Source: an uncultured Gammaproteobacteria bacterium (GTDB taxonomy: Bacteria > Patescibacteriota > Microgenomatia > UBA8517). From it: a stretch of 62,479 bases of DNA. The notes under the pieces are model-generated. The model was not told the DNA's origin. It did no database searches and worked only from the letters and a program-made list of their open reading frames with translations. Made by a program: the position numbers and the translations under genes. The stretch lies in contig CAZMSJ010000004.1 in NCBI GenBank assembly GCA_964568925.1, positions 1 to 62,479 on the forward strand. The letters are read 5' to 3'. Of this stretch, positions 27,232 to 36,749 are shown piece after piece (the first letter of the stretch is position 1; every line of letters starts with the position of its first letter).

Positions 27232-28568
27232 AAACAATTTCCTTTACCAGAGAAAATATATTGAAGAGTCCTCAGACACCAGGTGTCTATATTTTTCGTG
27301 ACCCAAAAGGCAAACCAATCTACATTGGGAAAGCTAAAAATTTGAAGAACAGGCTAACGAGCTACATTGCTGTTTCCATGGGACCAAAGACCTATGCGAT
27401 GGTACACGAAGCAACAAACCTCTCGATGATTCAAGTTAATTCTGAAATTGAAGCCCTGTTACTTGAATCAAATTTAGTTAAAAAGTATTTACCAAAGTAC
27501 AACATTGAATTAAAAGATGATAAGAGCCCTCTCTACATTGCAATAACAAAAGAACCCTACCCACGGGTATTAACCTTGCGACAAACACAACTGGCTAGTT
27601 TTCCGGTCAAGAGATACTTTGGTCCCTTCGTTAATTGTGGTAGTGTCCGCAAAGTTTTAAAATTATTGCGCCGAGTTACCCCATACTCTCAGCACCCCAT
27701 TGGCAAGCGTGCCTGTATCTATCATCAGATTGGATTGTGTAACCCGTGTCCAAACACCATTGTGTATACCCAAGATGACAAAAGAAGAGAAACCTTAAAG
27801 CGAGAGTACATCTCAAATATTACTCGTCTTACAAAAATTCTTTCAGGAAAGCCAGATTTGGTCAAAACTGATTTGCAAAAAGAAATGGAAAGACATGCAA
27901 AGCTTGAAGAATTTGAAGAGGCATCTATTTATCGAGAGCGACTTGCAGCCCTTCATGCGGTTACAAGTCCCAATGCTTCAATTGAAGGGTATGTTCGTGA
28001 TCCCGAAATGTTAAGTGATATTCGGTATAAAGAAGCCCAAGAATTAAGTACTATCATCGAGCCATTCTTTGGGAAAAAGGAAATTGTCCGCATTGAATGT
28101 TTTGATATAGCTCACTTGTCTGGTACCCACCCAACGGCTTCAATGGTTACCTTCATTAATGGAGAACCAGACAAACATTTTTATCGTCATTTTCGTATAA
28201 AGAAAGAACGACAAAATAATGACACTGAAAGCATGAGAGAAGTATTAACTCGTCGATCAAAATATTTTGAATCGTGGGGCAAGCCTGATCTTCTTGTTGT
28301 TGATGGGGGAAAGGGACAGCTTTCAAAAGCAATTGAAGTATTGGGGAATGAGGTGACGATTGTTGGACTCGCAAAGCGATATGAAACAATCATTGCATTT
28401 GTTAACGGAGAGTTTCAAAGCATTGTGCTCCCTGACGGTGGGGCAAAGAACTTGATGCAGCGGATACGTGATGAAGCTCATCGTTTCGCTCGAAGGTATC
28501 ACCACAAGCTGGTAACTGATGCACTCCTATCCGCAGAAGAGAAAAGCAGTGTTAAAATAAAATCATGA
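27228..28568 (+). CDS. uvrC: Excinuclease ABC subunit C (short form, 446 aa)
   Basis: GIY-YIG (GVYIFRDPKGKPIYIGKAKNLKNRL), UVR motif (EEFEEASIYRERLAAL) and the DEAHRFA endonuclease motif. ATGA overlaps at both ends. Confidence 0.85.
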   Translation: MKTISFTRENILKSPQTPGVYIFRDPKGKPIYIGKAKNLKNRLTSYIAVSMGPKTYAMVHEATNLSMIQVNSEIEALLLESNLVKKYLPKYNIELKDDKSPLYIAITKEPYPRVLTLRQTQLASFPVKRYFGPFVNCGSVRKVLKLLRRVTPYSQHPIGKRACIYHQIGLCNPCPNTIVYTQDDKRRETLKREYISNITRLTKILSGKPDLVKTDLQKEMERHAKLEEFEEASIYRERLAALHAVTSPNASIEGYVRDPEMLSDIRYKEAQELSTIIEPFFGKKEIVRIECFDIAHLSGTHPTASMVTFINGEPDKHFYRHFRIKKERQNNDTESMREVLTRRSKYFESWGKPDLLVVDGGKGQLSKAIEVLGNEVTIVGLAKRYETIIAFVNGEFQSIVLPDGGAKNLMQRIRDEAHRFARRYHHKLVTDALLSAEEKSSVKIKS

Positions 28569-28957
28569 AGAAAATTGTAAAGATATTTGCTGTTGAAGTA
28601 GTGAGTCTTTTTGTCGCGACACAGATTGCTTCAGGTATTGTTTTTCAGAATGGATTAGAAGGATTGTTTGTTGCTGGTGTTGCATTAGCGATAGCCGCTT
28701 ACTTTGTTCGCCCGGTTGTAAATGTCTTGTTACTGCCACTAAACCTCGTTACCCTTGGCCTCTTCCGGTTCATCGGACACGCGGTTACCTTGTTTATCGT
28801 TGATCTTGCCTTAAATCAATTCCAAATCACAGGGTTTCACTTCGTTGGTATGACATCTCGTTTCTTTGACCTTCCTGCATTTAACCTCGAGTCAGGAGCT
28901 CTCTCCTATATTGCCTTCTCTATTTTGATCTCAGTGGTAAGTGGACTGCTGTCCTGA
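28565..28957 (+). CDS. DUF360 / Phage_holin_4_2-family membrane protein
   Basis: Four hydrophobic segments with the characteristic PVVNVLLLPLNLVTLGLF segment. Confidence 0.55.
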   Translation: MKKIVKIFAVEVVSLFVATQIASGIVFQNGLEGLFVAGVALAIAAYFVRPVVNVLLLPLNLVTLGLFRFIGHAVTLFIVDLALNQFQITGFHFVGMTSRFFDLPAFNLESGALSYIAFSILISVVSGLLS

Positions 28958-28970
28958 TATACTATCCTTC

Positions 28971-29177
28971 ATGGGACAGTTCTTATTAGTAAGTCAACTG
29001 ATTGTGGCGCTTCTTCTCGCCTTTTTTATTCTTATTCAAGCAAAAGGAAAAGGTTTTGGTCGTATGTGGGGTGGTGGAAGTTTTAGTCGACGAGGCCTTG
29101 AAAATATCGTTTTTAAGGGAACGTTCGTTCTCTCCTTTTTGTTTATTGTCATTTCTATTCTTTCATTTGCCATCTAG
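28971..29177 (+). CDS. secG: Preprotein translocase subunit SecG
   Basis: Two TM helices flank a Gly-rich loop, ILIQAKGKGFG...GGGSF. The ATG at 28971 is preferred over 28941. Confidence 0.7.
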   Translation: MGQFLLVSQLIVALLLAFFILIQAKGKGFGRMWGGGSFSRRGLENIVFKGTFVLSFLFIVISILSFAI

Positions 29178-29183
29178 GCACTC

Positions 29184-30509
29184 ATGAAAACATTACGCTT
29201 CTACTTAGCCCTAACAGCAACATTTTTCTTCCGATTTCGGTATGTTCTTCTTTTTGGTCTCTTCTTTGGAATCGTTCTATTCCTTTTTGCCAGAGCAATA
29301 ACTCCTCGTTTGGGTATTCGTACTGAGTACATTGGTATGACCGGGAGATATTCCGTTGATGAGCTTCCAAACGTTATTCTTGAAGATGTGGGACAGGGGT
29401 TAACAGGGATCTCTGAGGATGGTCAACCGATTCCAGCACTCGCCAAGAGTTGGGAAGTGTCAGATAAAGGAAAAACCTGGACGTTTACTTTGGACACAAC
29501 ACGCACTTGGCAAGACGGTAGTCCAATTGTCTCCACTGACATTCGCTATACCTTTGATGAAGCACAGATAGAGCGACCAAACCCTGAGACTATTGTTTTT
29601 AAACTCCCCAATGAATTTGCTCCGTTTCCAGTTATTGTTTCTCGCCCTGTCTTTAAAAAAGGTTTGATTGGAACAGGTGAGTGGACCGTAGCTAGTTTAA
29701 ATAGAAACGGAAACTATATTGAAAGAATTACATTGAAAAACTCGAAGAATGAGAGAAAGATTTTCCGTTTTTACCCATCAGAGGAGCGACTTAAAGTTGG
29801 ATTTAAATTAGGAGAAGTCGACAAGATACTTGATGTATCTGATGATTCACCATTTGATACATGGAACTTGGCAGGTATCTCTTCAAACACCCGCAATGAT
29901 CGCTATATCGCCGTCTTTTTAAACAATGATTCAGATTTGTTAAGCGGAACTGCCAATAAGCCGCTTAGACAGGCCTTGCACTATGCAATTGATAAACAGT
30001 CATACAACTTGCCTCGTGCTATTAGCCCGGTGTCTCCCGACTCATGGAGTTTTAACCCACAGGTGAAGCCATATGACTTTGATCGCACTCGTGCAACACA
30101 GATACTTTCAGAACTGTTTAAAAAGAATGCGCGCCCTACCATTCATTTATCAACAACTGCGGGCCTTGTTTCAATTGCAGACCACATTGCTAAAGATTGG
30201 AAGGAAGTAGGTATCGAAACAGAAGTACAAGTGGTTTCAGGAGTTCCAGAAAACTATGAAGCATTTCTCGCGACATACAGTATCCCCGTTGACCCTGATC
30301 AGTATCCTAGTTGGCACTCAACACAAACAGCAACGAACATTTCACATTTTAAAAATCCGAGAATCGACAAACTACTTGAAGATGGTCGAATGGAGTTGGA
30401 TCACGAAAAGAGAAAAAAATTATACCTGGATTTTCAGAGATTTTTGCTTGAGGAAAGTCCTGCACTGTTTCTCTTCCATCCCGTTAGCTACGACATCTAT
30501 CGCAAGTAA
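29184..30509 (+). CDS. Family-5 (peptide/nickel type) solute-binding-protein-like, membrane anchored
   Basis: ALAKSWEVSDKGKTWTFTLDTTRTWQDGSPI is typical of SBP_bac_5. N-terminal TM. No permease or ATPase genes are adjacent. Confidence 0.7.
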   Translation: MKTLRFYLALTATFFFRFRYVLLFGLFFGIVLFLFARAITPRLGIRTEYIGMTGRYSVDELPNVILEDVGQGLTGISEDGQPIPALAKSWEVSDKGKTWTFTLDTTRTWQDGSPIVSTDIRYTFDEAQIERPNPETIVFKLPNEFAPFPVIVSRPVFKKGLIGTGEWTVASLNRNGNYIERITLKNSKNERKIFRFYPSEERLKVGFKLGEVDKILDVSDDSPFDTWNLAGISSNTRNDRYIAVFLNNDSDLLSGTANKPLRQALHYAIDKQSYNLPRAISPVSPDSWSFNPQVKPYDFDRTRATQILSELFKKNARPTIHLSTTAGLVSIADHIAKDWKEVGIETEVQVVSGVPENYEAFLATYSIPVDPDQYPSWHSTQTATNISHFKNPRIDKLLEDGRMELDHEKRKKLYLDFQRFLLEESPALFLFHPVSYDIYRK

Positions 30510-30534
30510 TTATTTTGCTGTATTATAAATTTCG

Positions 30535-31227
30535 ATGAAAAACTGGACAGTCATTTCAGTAATTTGCTTTGTCTTAATTGGAACAGGTATCTTTTTTTCC
30601 TTGAGACAACAGAAAAGTACTCTTCCAGAAAATCAGTCTCTAGGGTATACTTCTGAAAAGAAGGTGACAGACACGAGTAGTACTGAGCCAATCGCCACCG
30701 CTAAACCTACGCAAACAAAAATGAATAAACCAACAATGATCATTGATACAAAGAAGCAGTATCAAGCAATTATGCATACTTCAGAAGGAGACATGACAAT
30801 TGATTTAGCTGCGTCAATGACACCGATAACTGTTAACAACTTTGTGTATCTTGCTAAAAACAAATTTTACGATGGAGTAATTTTTCATCGTGTGATTGAT
30901 GGTTTTATGATTCAAGGTGGAGACCCAGAAGGAACAGGATCAGGTGGACCTGGTTACCAATTTGATGATGAAAAGTTTACTGGTGAATACACCAGGGGAA
31001 CAATCGCTATGGCAAACGCTGGAGCAAATACAAATGGAAGTCAGTTCTTTATTATGCACAAAGATTATCCACTTCCAAAGAACTATGTTATTTTCGGAAA
31101 GGTAAGCCAAGGAATTGAAGTTGTCGACAAGATTGCAACTGCACCAACTACTATTTCATTTGGTGGAGAGAAGAGTAAGCCAGTTAAGCCAGTGACTATC
31201 ACTTCAGTCGAGATCGTTGAAAAATAA
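30535..31227 (+). CDS. Cyclophilin-type peptidyl-prolyl isomerase, membrane anchored
   Basis: FHRVIDGFMIQGGDP, GGPGYQFDDE and MANAGANTNGSQFFI motifs. N-terminal TM helix. Confidence 0.9.
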   Translation: MKNWTVISVICFVLIGTGIFFSLRQQKSTLPENQSLGYTSEKKVTDTSSTEPIATAKPTQTKMNKPTMIIDTKKQYQAIMHTSEGDMTIDLAASMTPITVNNFVYLAKNKFYDGVIFHRVIDGFMIQGGDPEGTGSGGPGYQFDDEKFTGEYTRGTIAMANAGANTNGSQFFIMHKDYPLPKNYVIFGKVSQGIEVVDKIATAPTTISFGGEKSKPVKPVTITSVEIVEK

Positions 31228-31259
31228 GTACGTTTCGTACGTTTCAAAAATCTCATACT

Positions 31260-31748
31260 ATGAAAACTTTTTATATCTTCAGACACGGACAAACCTACTT
31301 TAGTAAAAACCAAATCCCTTACGGAGAGAACGAACACACCGCACACATTTTACCTGAGGCTCGGGAGCCAATTGAGAACATTGCTGATTATTTAAAGACA
31401 CTTCCCGTGGACCATTTGTACCGTTCAGAATTTCTGCGTTGTCAGGAGACTGCAAAAATCGTTGAGTCAAAAACTGATTTTCATTTTGAGCCAAACCCAC
31501 TTTTTAATGAATTTACAGAATCTGATTTTGAGGACTTTTTAAAACGAATGAAAGAGCTCACGAGCTTCCTTCTTTCTCTTCCTGGTACTCATATTGCCGT
31601 CTTAAGTCATGGGGCAGTTGTAGCAGCACTTCAGAAGCTTTTGGTGGGGCAAACCTTTGCAGCACATGAGCTTATGTACTACCCTCAAACTGGAGTTCTC
31701 GTTCAAATATCAGGCTCTTCAGTAGAAAGTATTGACTTCAACAAGTAA
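31260..31748 (+). CDS. Histidine phosphatase family protein
   Basis: RHG catalytic motif (FYIFRHGQT) and a later SHG (VLSHGAV). Confidence 0.75.
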   Translation: MKTFYIFRHGQTYFSKNQIPYGENEHTAHILPEAREPIENIADYLKTLPVDHLYRSEFLRCQETAKIVESKTDFHFEPNPLFNEFTESDFEDFLKRMKELTSFLLSLPGTHIAVLSHGAVVAALQKLLVGQTFAAHELMYYPQTGVLVQISGSSVESIDFNK

Positions 31749-31895
31749 TTGCCCTATAATACACACAAGTTATAGATAAGACTGCAGCGCAGTGGGTACA
31801 TTTCACTTCTAATAGGTTCTACGATCATTGTGTAAAGCATGTTACGAGTTTTTTCGTAACAGAAGATAGAATCCCTTATTAAGGAGGAAACTTGA

Positions 31896-32060
31896 ATGTC
31901 ATCAGTACAAACAGTGCTTTTTGTGTTGTTTTTCGCATATGGTTTTTTTGAATTTGGAAAAGCCGTGCTTTGGGATAATGAAAAGCAAATCAATTCTCTT
32001 TTGATATCGATTGCTTCTATCCTAATCGCCTTTTTTTTCAAATTTTTGCATCTTTCGTAA
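31896..32060 (+). CDS. Small membrane protein (54 aa), not in ORF track
   Basis: AAGGAGG SD 7 nt before the ATG. Translation is MSSVQTVLFVLFFAYGFFEFGKAVLWDNEKQINSLLISIASILIAFFFKFLHLS. Confidence 0.45.
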   Translation: MSSVQTVLFVLFFAYGFFEFGKAVLWDNEKQINSLLISIASILIAFFFKFLHLS

Positions 32061-32079
32061 GAAAAGGAGAATCATTAAC

Positions 32080-32268
32080 ATGAATAGCGTTAATGAAGCT
32101 GGGGTATATTTCGCGTTTGTGATTGGACTTATTTTTATGTTTTTCTCATTCTACTTGGATGAAAAAGGAGCGTGTAGAACAAGCCAGATACCTATCACTT
32201 TTTTTCTATATATGTGCCTGTCTGGTGAAGCTTTATCTCATTTCCCAGGCCATACAACTAATTTCTAA
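32080..32268 (+). CDS. Small membrane protein (62 aa)
   Basis: AAAGGAG SD upstream. Hydrophobic N-terminal segment. Confidence 0.45.
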   Translation: MNSVNEAGVYFAFVIGLIFMFFSFYLDEKGACRTSQIPITFFLYMCLSGEALSHFPGHTTNF

Positions 32269-32274
32269 GTGACA

Positions 32275-33909
32275 TTAGGAATAAAGTCGCTTTTGATACT
32301 CCGCAAGCATTCGCTTGGCGGAGTATTTTTGTGCCAGTGCAATTGATTTCCTCATCATTTGAATCCATTCAACTGGTATACCTTGTTCATTTCGTGTGTA
32401 GAAGAGATCTCTGGCTTTCTCAATTGTTGTGTAAAGGCTTTCAGTCAGGTTCTCGTGATCAAGTGCCCATCCAGTCCCTTGCCAATCTACCTCCATTGCC
32501 CAGCCATCTGGAATGGTTGCATTAATTACTCCATTTGAAATAGCTTTCATACCAGAGGTTCCGGAAGCTTCTTTTCCCCACTCAGGAGTATTTACCCAAA
32601 CATCACTTCCTGAAACAAGTTCACTTGCAAGAGCGATATCGTAGTTATGTACAAACATCGCATGCCCTGAAAGTTTTCCTTTCATATTGCTAATGATTGA
32701 TTGAATAAGTTCTTTGCCTGCCGTGTCACCAGGATGAGCTTTGCCTGCGATAAGCAGAATGATAGGGCGGGCAGGATCAGAAAGCATTCCTTGTAGTCGA
32801 TCAATGTCTGCAAATAGTGCTTGTAGTTGCTTATACCCAGATACACGACGTGCCCAAGAGATTGTGAGCCAATCACTATCATACCCAAAACCAACACGTG
32901 TCGTGACTTCGCGCATAAGAGAGTGTTTCTTTTGTTTATGTATTTCCCACAACGTGTGATCATCAATATTCAAATTGGTGTACTCTGGCTGCTGCCAGCG
33001 GGGAAGGTATACTCCGTTTGTTATGTTTACCCAGTTATATCCTGGATATTCTTTCTTCGCGAGCCTTCCATGTGGGGTACTGACACTACTGGCTATGTGA
33101 GACACATTCAATGCAAATTTTGTTGTATGGAATCTCCCATCTTCCATCAAGCCAAGTTTAATAATGTCTTCAGTTGAGAAACCAAATCCTTGTGCAATTG
33201 GATTTATATATTTTTCAACAAGACCTCTGTCATATGAGTGAATACCTGCAGCGACCAATGTGTGGTTTGTGTATACAATTTTTTTCTTTGTTTCCTCAAG
33301 AATTTGTTCAAAACTCAGGTCAGGGTTTTTGGCTTTAATTTCACCCATTACATGAAGTGCTACTAAAGAAGGTCTTCCTTCCTGAATATGAATTACAGAT
33401 GGTTTTACTTTGAGGTGTGAAAGAAGCTTCATTCCACCAACGCCAAAGATAATTCTTTCTCGTATCTGTTCCTCATCATCTCCCCAGTAAATCTCGTCAT
33501 ACACATTTCTCCAGTAATCTGAGTTACCTTCAACATCTGTGGTTAACAAATACAAGGTGACAGCGTCACCCAGACGTTGTTTGTAAGCTTCTATCCACAC
33601 GGTTTCGTTTCCAACTTGTATATCAAAACGTACTGGCATTCCCACAACATCAACTCTTCTGAAACAGGAGGACCCATCAAGTCGAAATGGAGTAGGTTCT
33701 TCATACTGCATGCCTTCCTCATTAATTTTTTGGATGAAGCGTTTCCCTTTGTACATCATGCCAATTCCAACCATAGGTATGTTGTCATCTGCAGCTTGAA
33801 GAAGTGTGTCAGCCGCTAAAATACCAAGGCCACCTGCATAGGTTGGTATATTTGAGTCAATTCCAAATTCAAGAGAGAAGTAGGCAATGGGAGCAGTGGC
33901 AGCTGTCAT
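32275..33909 (-). CDS. glgP: Alpha-glucan (glycogen) phosphorylase, short GT35 type
   Basis: YFSLEFGI...YAGGLGILAADTL N-terminus and PLP-lysine region EASGTSGMKAISNG. Confidence 0.85.
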   Translation of the reverse strand: MTAATAPIAYFSLEFGIDSNIPTYAGGLGILAADTLLQAADDNIPMVGIGMMYKGKRFIQKINEEGMQYEEPTPFRLDGSSCFRRVDVVGMPVRFDIQVGNETVWIEAYKQRLGDAVTLYLLTTDVEGNSDYWRNVYDEIYWGDDEEQIRERIIFGVGGMKLLSHLKVKPSVIHIQEGRPSLVALHVMGEIKAKNPDLSFEQILEETKKKIVYTNHTLVAAGIHSYDRGLVEKYINPIAQGFGFSTEDIIKLGLMEDGRFHTTKFALNVSHIASSVSTPHGRLAKKEYPGYNWVNITNGVYLPRWQQPEYTNLNIDDHTLWEIHKQKKHSLMREVTTRVGFGYDSDWLTISWARRVSGYKQLQALFADIDRLQGMLSDPARPIILLIAGKAHPGDTAGKELIQSIISNMKGKLSGHAMFVHNYDIALASELVSGSDVWVNTPEWGKEASGTSGMKAISNGVINATIPDGWAMEVDWQGTGWALDHENLTESLYTTIEKARDLFYTRNEQGIPVEWIQMMRKSIALAQKYSAKRMLAEYQKRLYS

Positions 33910-33996
33910 ACCCTTTCATTCTTCACTAGTTTAGCTACTTTTTCAATGTTTAATTACCGTCTTTGCTCCTTCACTAAAATATTGCTAGTATGAATC

Positions 33997-34695
33997 ATGG
34001 CAGCACTCCACATTTCTATTGCGGCAGAAGAAGTAACCCGAATATCAGGCTTTCCTGTCACAAACGCTTTAATCGCAACCTACGTTGCAATGGTGATATT
34101 GATTCTTTTAGCGCTTTATTCACGTTTTGTTAAAACACCTGGCTGGCTTAGCATGGGGATGTCTCTTATCTGGGGATTTTGTGAGGATGCATTGGGTAAG
34201 AAAGCTTTTCTTGCGTTTCCTATTGTGATGACGCTTTTCCTCTTTATCGTAACCAACAACTTGTTAGGTCTCCTTCCAGGTGTTGGTTCTGTTACATACA
34301 ACCATGTTCCATTACTTCGTTCACCTTCTGCTGATTTGTCTACAACCCTTGCTCTTGCAACGGTTGCGTTTGTAACTATCCAGTTTGTTAGTTTAAAGTC
34401 TTTAGGTGCAAAGGGATTCATGCACCGGTTTATTCATATTACAAAACCTGCTACATACCCATTGGGGCTTCTTGAAATACTCCTTGAGTTTGCAAAAATT
34501 CTCTCCTTTGCATTCCGTTTGCTCGGAAACATTTTTGCTGGTGAAGTGTTGCTTGCTGTGATGATATTCTTAGTTCCCTTTATTCTTCCTGCACCATTTT
34601 ATGGTTTGGAAATAGTGGTGGCTCTTCTCCAAGGGTTTATTTTTGCTCTTTTGACTATTATTTTCACATCAACAGCGATGGCTGCGCACGACTAA
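33997..34695 (+). CDS. atpB: F0F1 ATP synthase subunit a
   Basis: Polytopic protein with the conserved LSFAFRLLGNIFAGE arginine helix. Confidence 0.9.
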   Translation: MAALHISIAAEEVTRISGFPVTNALIATYVAMVILILLALYSRFVKTPGWLSMGMSLIWGFCEDALGKKAFLAFPIVMTLFLFIVTNNLLGLLPGVGSVTYNHVPLLRSPSADLSTTLALATVAFVTIQFVSLKSLGAKGFMHRFIHITKPATYPLGLLEILLEFAKILSFAFRLLGNIFAGEVLLAVMIFLVPFILPAPFYGLEIVVALLQGFIFALLTIIFTSTAMAAHD

Positions 34696-34759
34696 AAAAC
34701 TGTCGATAGCATTTTGTCTGACTTTTTGTGAGAATGATTGTTAAGGAGGTGATCGCTTT

Positions 34760-34978
34760 ATGGAATTACAAAACTTTGCTGTAGCACTTGCAATCGGACT
34801 TGGAACCCTTGGGCCTGGTATTGCCATCGGTTTAATTGGAAAGGCTGCTTTAGAGTCAGTTGGTCGTAACCCAGAAGCTGCTGGAGAAATTCGCACCATG
34901 TTGATCCTCGCGATCGCTTTCGCAGAAGCTGTTGCCATTTACGCACTCGTTGTTGCTTTAATCATTAAATTTGTATGA
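34760..34978 (+). CDS. atpE: F0F1 ATP synthase subunit c
   Basis: 72-aa hairpin proteolipid with GRNPEA loop and AFAEAVAIY carboxylate helix. Confidence 0.9.
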   Translation: MELQNFAVALAIGLGTLGPGIAIGLIGKAALESVGRNPEAAGEIRTMLILAIAFAEAVAIYALVVALIIKFV

Positions 34979-35322
34979 AAGAGCTTGGAGTAGAGGTACC
35001 GATTATTTTTGCTCAAATGGTTAACTTTGGGCTTCTTCTGTTAGTACTCAATTTTCTTCTGTATAAACCATTTCTTTCGATGATGAAAAAACGAAAGGAA
35101 GAAGAGTCTGCTTTGGCAACAAGTCGTGCTGAATTTGAATTAGAGAAACAAGCTTTTGAAGAAAAGGCTGAAAAGATGAATAGAGAATGGAAAGAGAGAA
35201 CAAAGAATGCTGAACGAGAAGTTGCTCACTCAGTCAGTGAAGCGCGACGTGAAGTGTTACTCAAAGCTCAACGAAGAGCTGAAGAGATAGTTAAAAAAGC
35301 TAAGACTGCTTCAAACTCATGA
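34975..35322 (+). CDS. atpF: F0F1 ATP synthase subunit b (short, 115 aa)
   Basis: A single N-terminal TM helix followed by a charged coiled-coil. It sits between atpE and atpA. Confidence 0.75.
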   Translation: MKELGVEVPIIFAQMVNFGLLLLVLNFLLYKPFLSMMKKRKEEESALATSRAEFELEKQAFEEKAEKMNREWKERTKNAEREVAHSVSEARREVLLKAQRRAEEIVKKAKTASNS

Positions 35323-36749
35323 AACAATTATTAGGTGAAGTTATTGCCGTTGCTGATGGAATTGCCTGGGTTTCTTTTCCCAAACTAACAAATGGTCATG
35401 TAGTGTTGTTTGAAAACAAGGTACAGGGCCTGGTTATGAGTGTTGGTGAGCGCTCTTGCGTCTTAATACTTGGTGACCCAACAAGTATTCGTTCTGGAAT
35501 GAGTGTCACGACAACCAATACCCCATTGTCTGTTCCAGTGGGAGATGCACTCTTAGGACGTGTAGTTAATCCCCTTGGTGTTCCTCTTGATGGAGAACCT
35601 CTTGAAACTGATGAAGTGCTCCCCGTTGAGCGACCTGCCTTATCAATTGCAAAACGTGAACCCGTGAATGAGCCACTCTCAACGGGAGTACTTGCGGTTG
35701 ATGCAATGATTCCAATCGGACGGGGACAACGTGAACTCTTAATTGGAGATCGAGGAACGGGAAAAACCACTCTTGCAATTGACACGATTATTAATCAGAA
35801 GAAAACAAATGTTCTTGCAGTCTATGTTGCAATAGGTCAAAAGCGCTCAGATGTTGCGTCTCTTATTGAACGGTTGATTGAAGAAGATGCGTTAAGTCGT
35901 ACTGTTGTTGTAGCAGCTGATGCGTCTACTCCTGCTGCCTTCTGGTACATTGCGCCATTTGCTGGGGCAACGATTGCTGAGTCTTTGCGTGAAAGTGGAC
36001 GAGATGTTGTCATTATCTATGATGACTTAACTAAGCACGCATGGAGTTATCGAGAAATTAGCTTATTGATGGGACGGCCGGCAGGACGTGAAGCATACCC
36101 AGGTGACGTTTTTTACCTTCACTCTCGATTACTTGAGAGAGCTAACAAACGAGCAAAAGAATTTGGTGGTGGTTCAATCACTGCGTTGCCAATCATTGAA
36201 ACACAAGCAGGGGATGTTGGAAGCTACATTCCAACGAACGTTATTTCAATTACAGATGGCCAGGTATATTTTGAAACAGATCTCTTTTTTAAAGGTATTC
36301 GCCCAGCAGTAAACCCTGGTTTATCTGTGTCTCGTGTTGGTGGAACGGCACAAACAAAAGCAATTAAAAAATTATCTGGAAAACTCCGTTTAACTCTTTC
36401 ACAATATTGGGAGTTAACTGGCTTCTCTCAGTTTGGTGGTGGAGGTGACAAAACCATTGCCAAAAAACTTCTTGAAGGAGAACGTTTGCTTGAGGCTTTA
36501 AAGCAAAACCAAGGTGCTCCATATAACCATGAACAAGAAGTTGCACTTCTCTATTTAGTTCAAAGTGGTTTCTTGCAAGAGATTGATTTGTCTGAAGTTA
36601 AGGCTGCCATGAAGTCATATATCTCTCGTGTCGTTTCAAATGAAAAACTTGCTCACTTGATTGAGGCGAAACAAGAGCTTACCCCTGAAGTGGTTGCCGG
36701 ACTTGATGAAGCTCTCGTGACCGTAAAGAAACAATTTGTAAATTCATGA
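35319..36749 (+). CDS. atpA: F0F1 ATP synthase subunit alpha (476 aa, N-terminally short)
   Basis: Walker A GDRGTGKT. LLGRVVNPLG and SVSRVGG motifs. Confidence 0.95.
   Translation: MKQLLGEVIAVADGIAWVSFPKLTNGHVVLFENKVQGLVMSVGERSCVLILGDPTSIRSGMSVTTTNTPLSVPVGDALLGRVVNPLGVPLDGEPLETDEVLPVERPALSIAKREPVNEPLSTGVLAVDAMIPIGRGQRELLIGDRGTGKTTLAIDTIINQKKTNVLAVYVAIGQKRSDVASLIERLIEEDALSRTVVVAADASTPAAFWYIAPFAGATIAESLRESGRDVVIIYDDLTKHAWSYREISLLMGRPAGREAYPGDVFYLHSRLLERANKRAKEFGGGSITALPIIETQAGDVGSYIPTNVISITDGQVYFETDLFFKGIRPAVNPGLSVSRVGGTAQTKAIKKLSGKLRLTLSQYWELTGFSQFGGGGDKTIAKKLLEGERLLEALKQNQGAPYNHEQEVALLYLVQSGFLQEIDLSEVKAAMKSYISRVVSNEKLAHLIEAKQELTPEVVAGLDEALVTVKKQFVNS

Noticed and set aside
31754-32041. 95-aa minus-strand ORF in the gap after the histidine phosphatase gene.
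   Set aside because: The same DNA on the plus strand carries two small hydrophobic ORFs, each with a near-consensus SD (31896..32060 and 32080..32268). The minus-strand ORF has no SD and odd composition.
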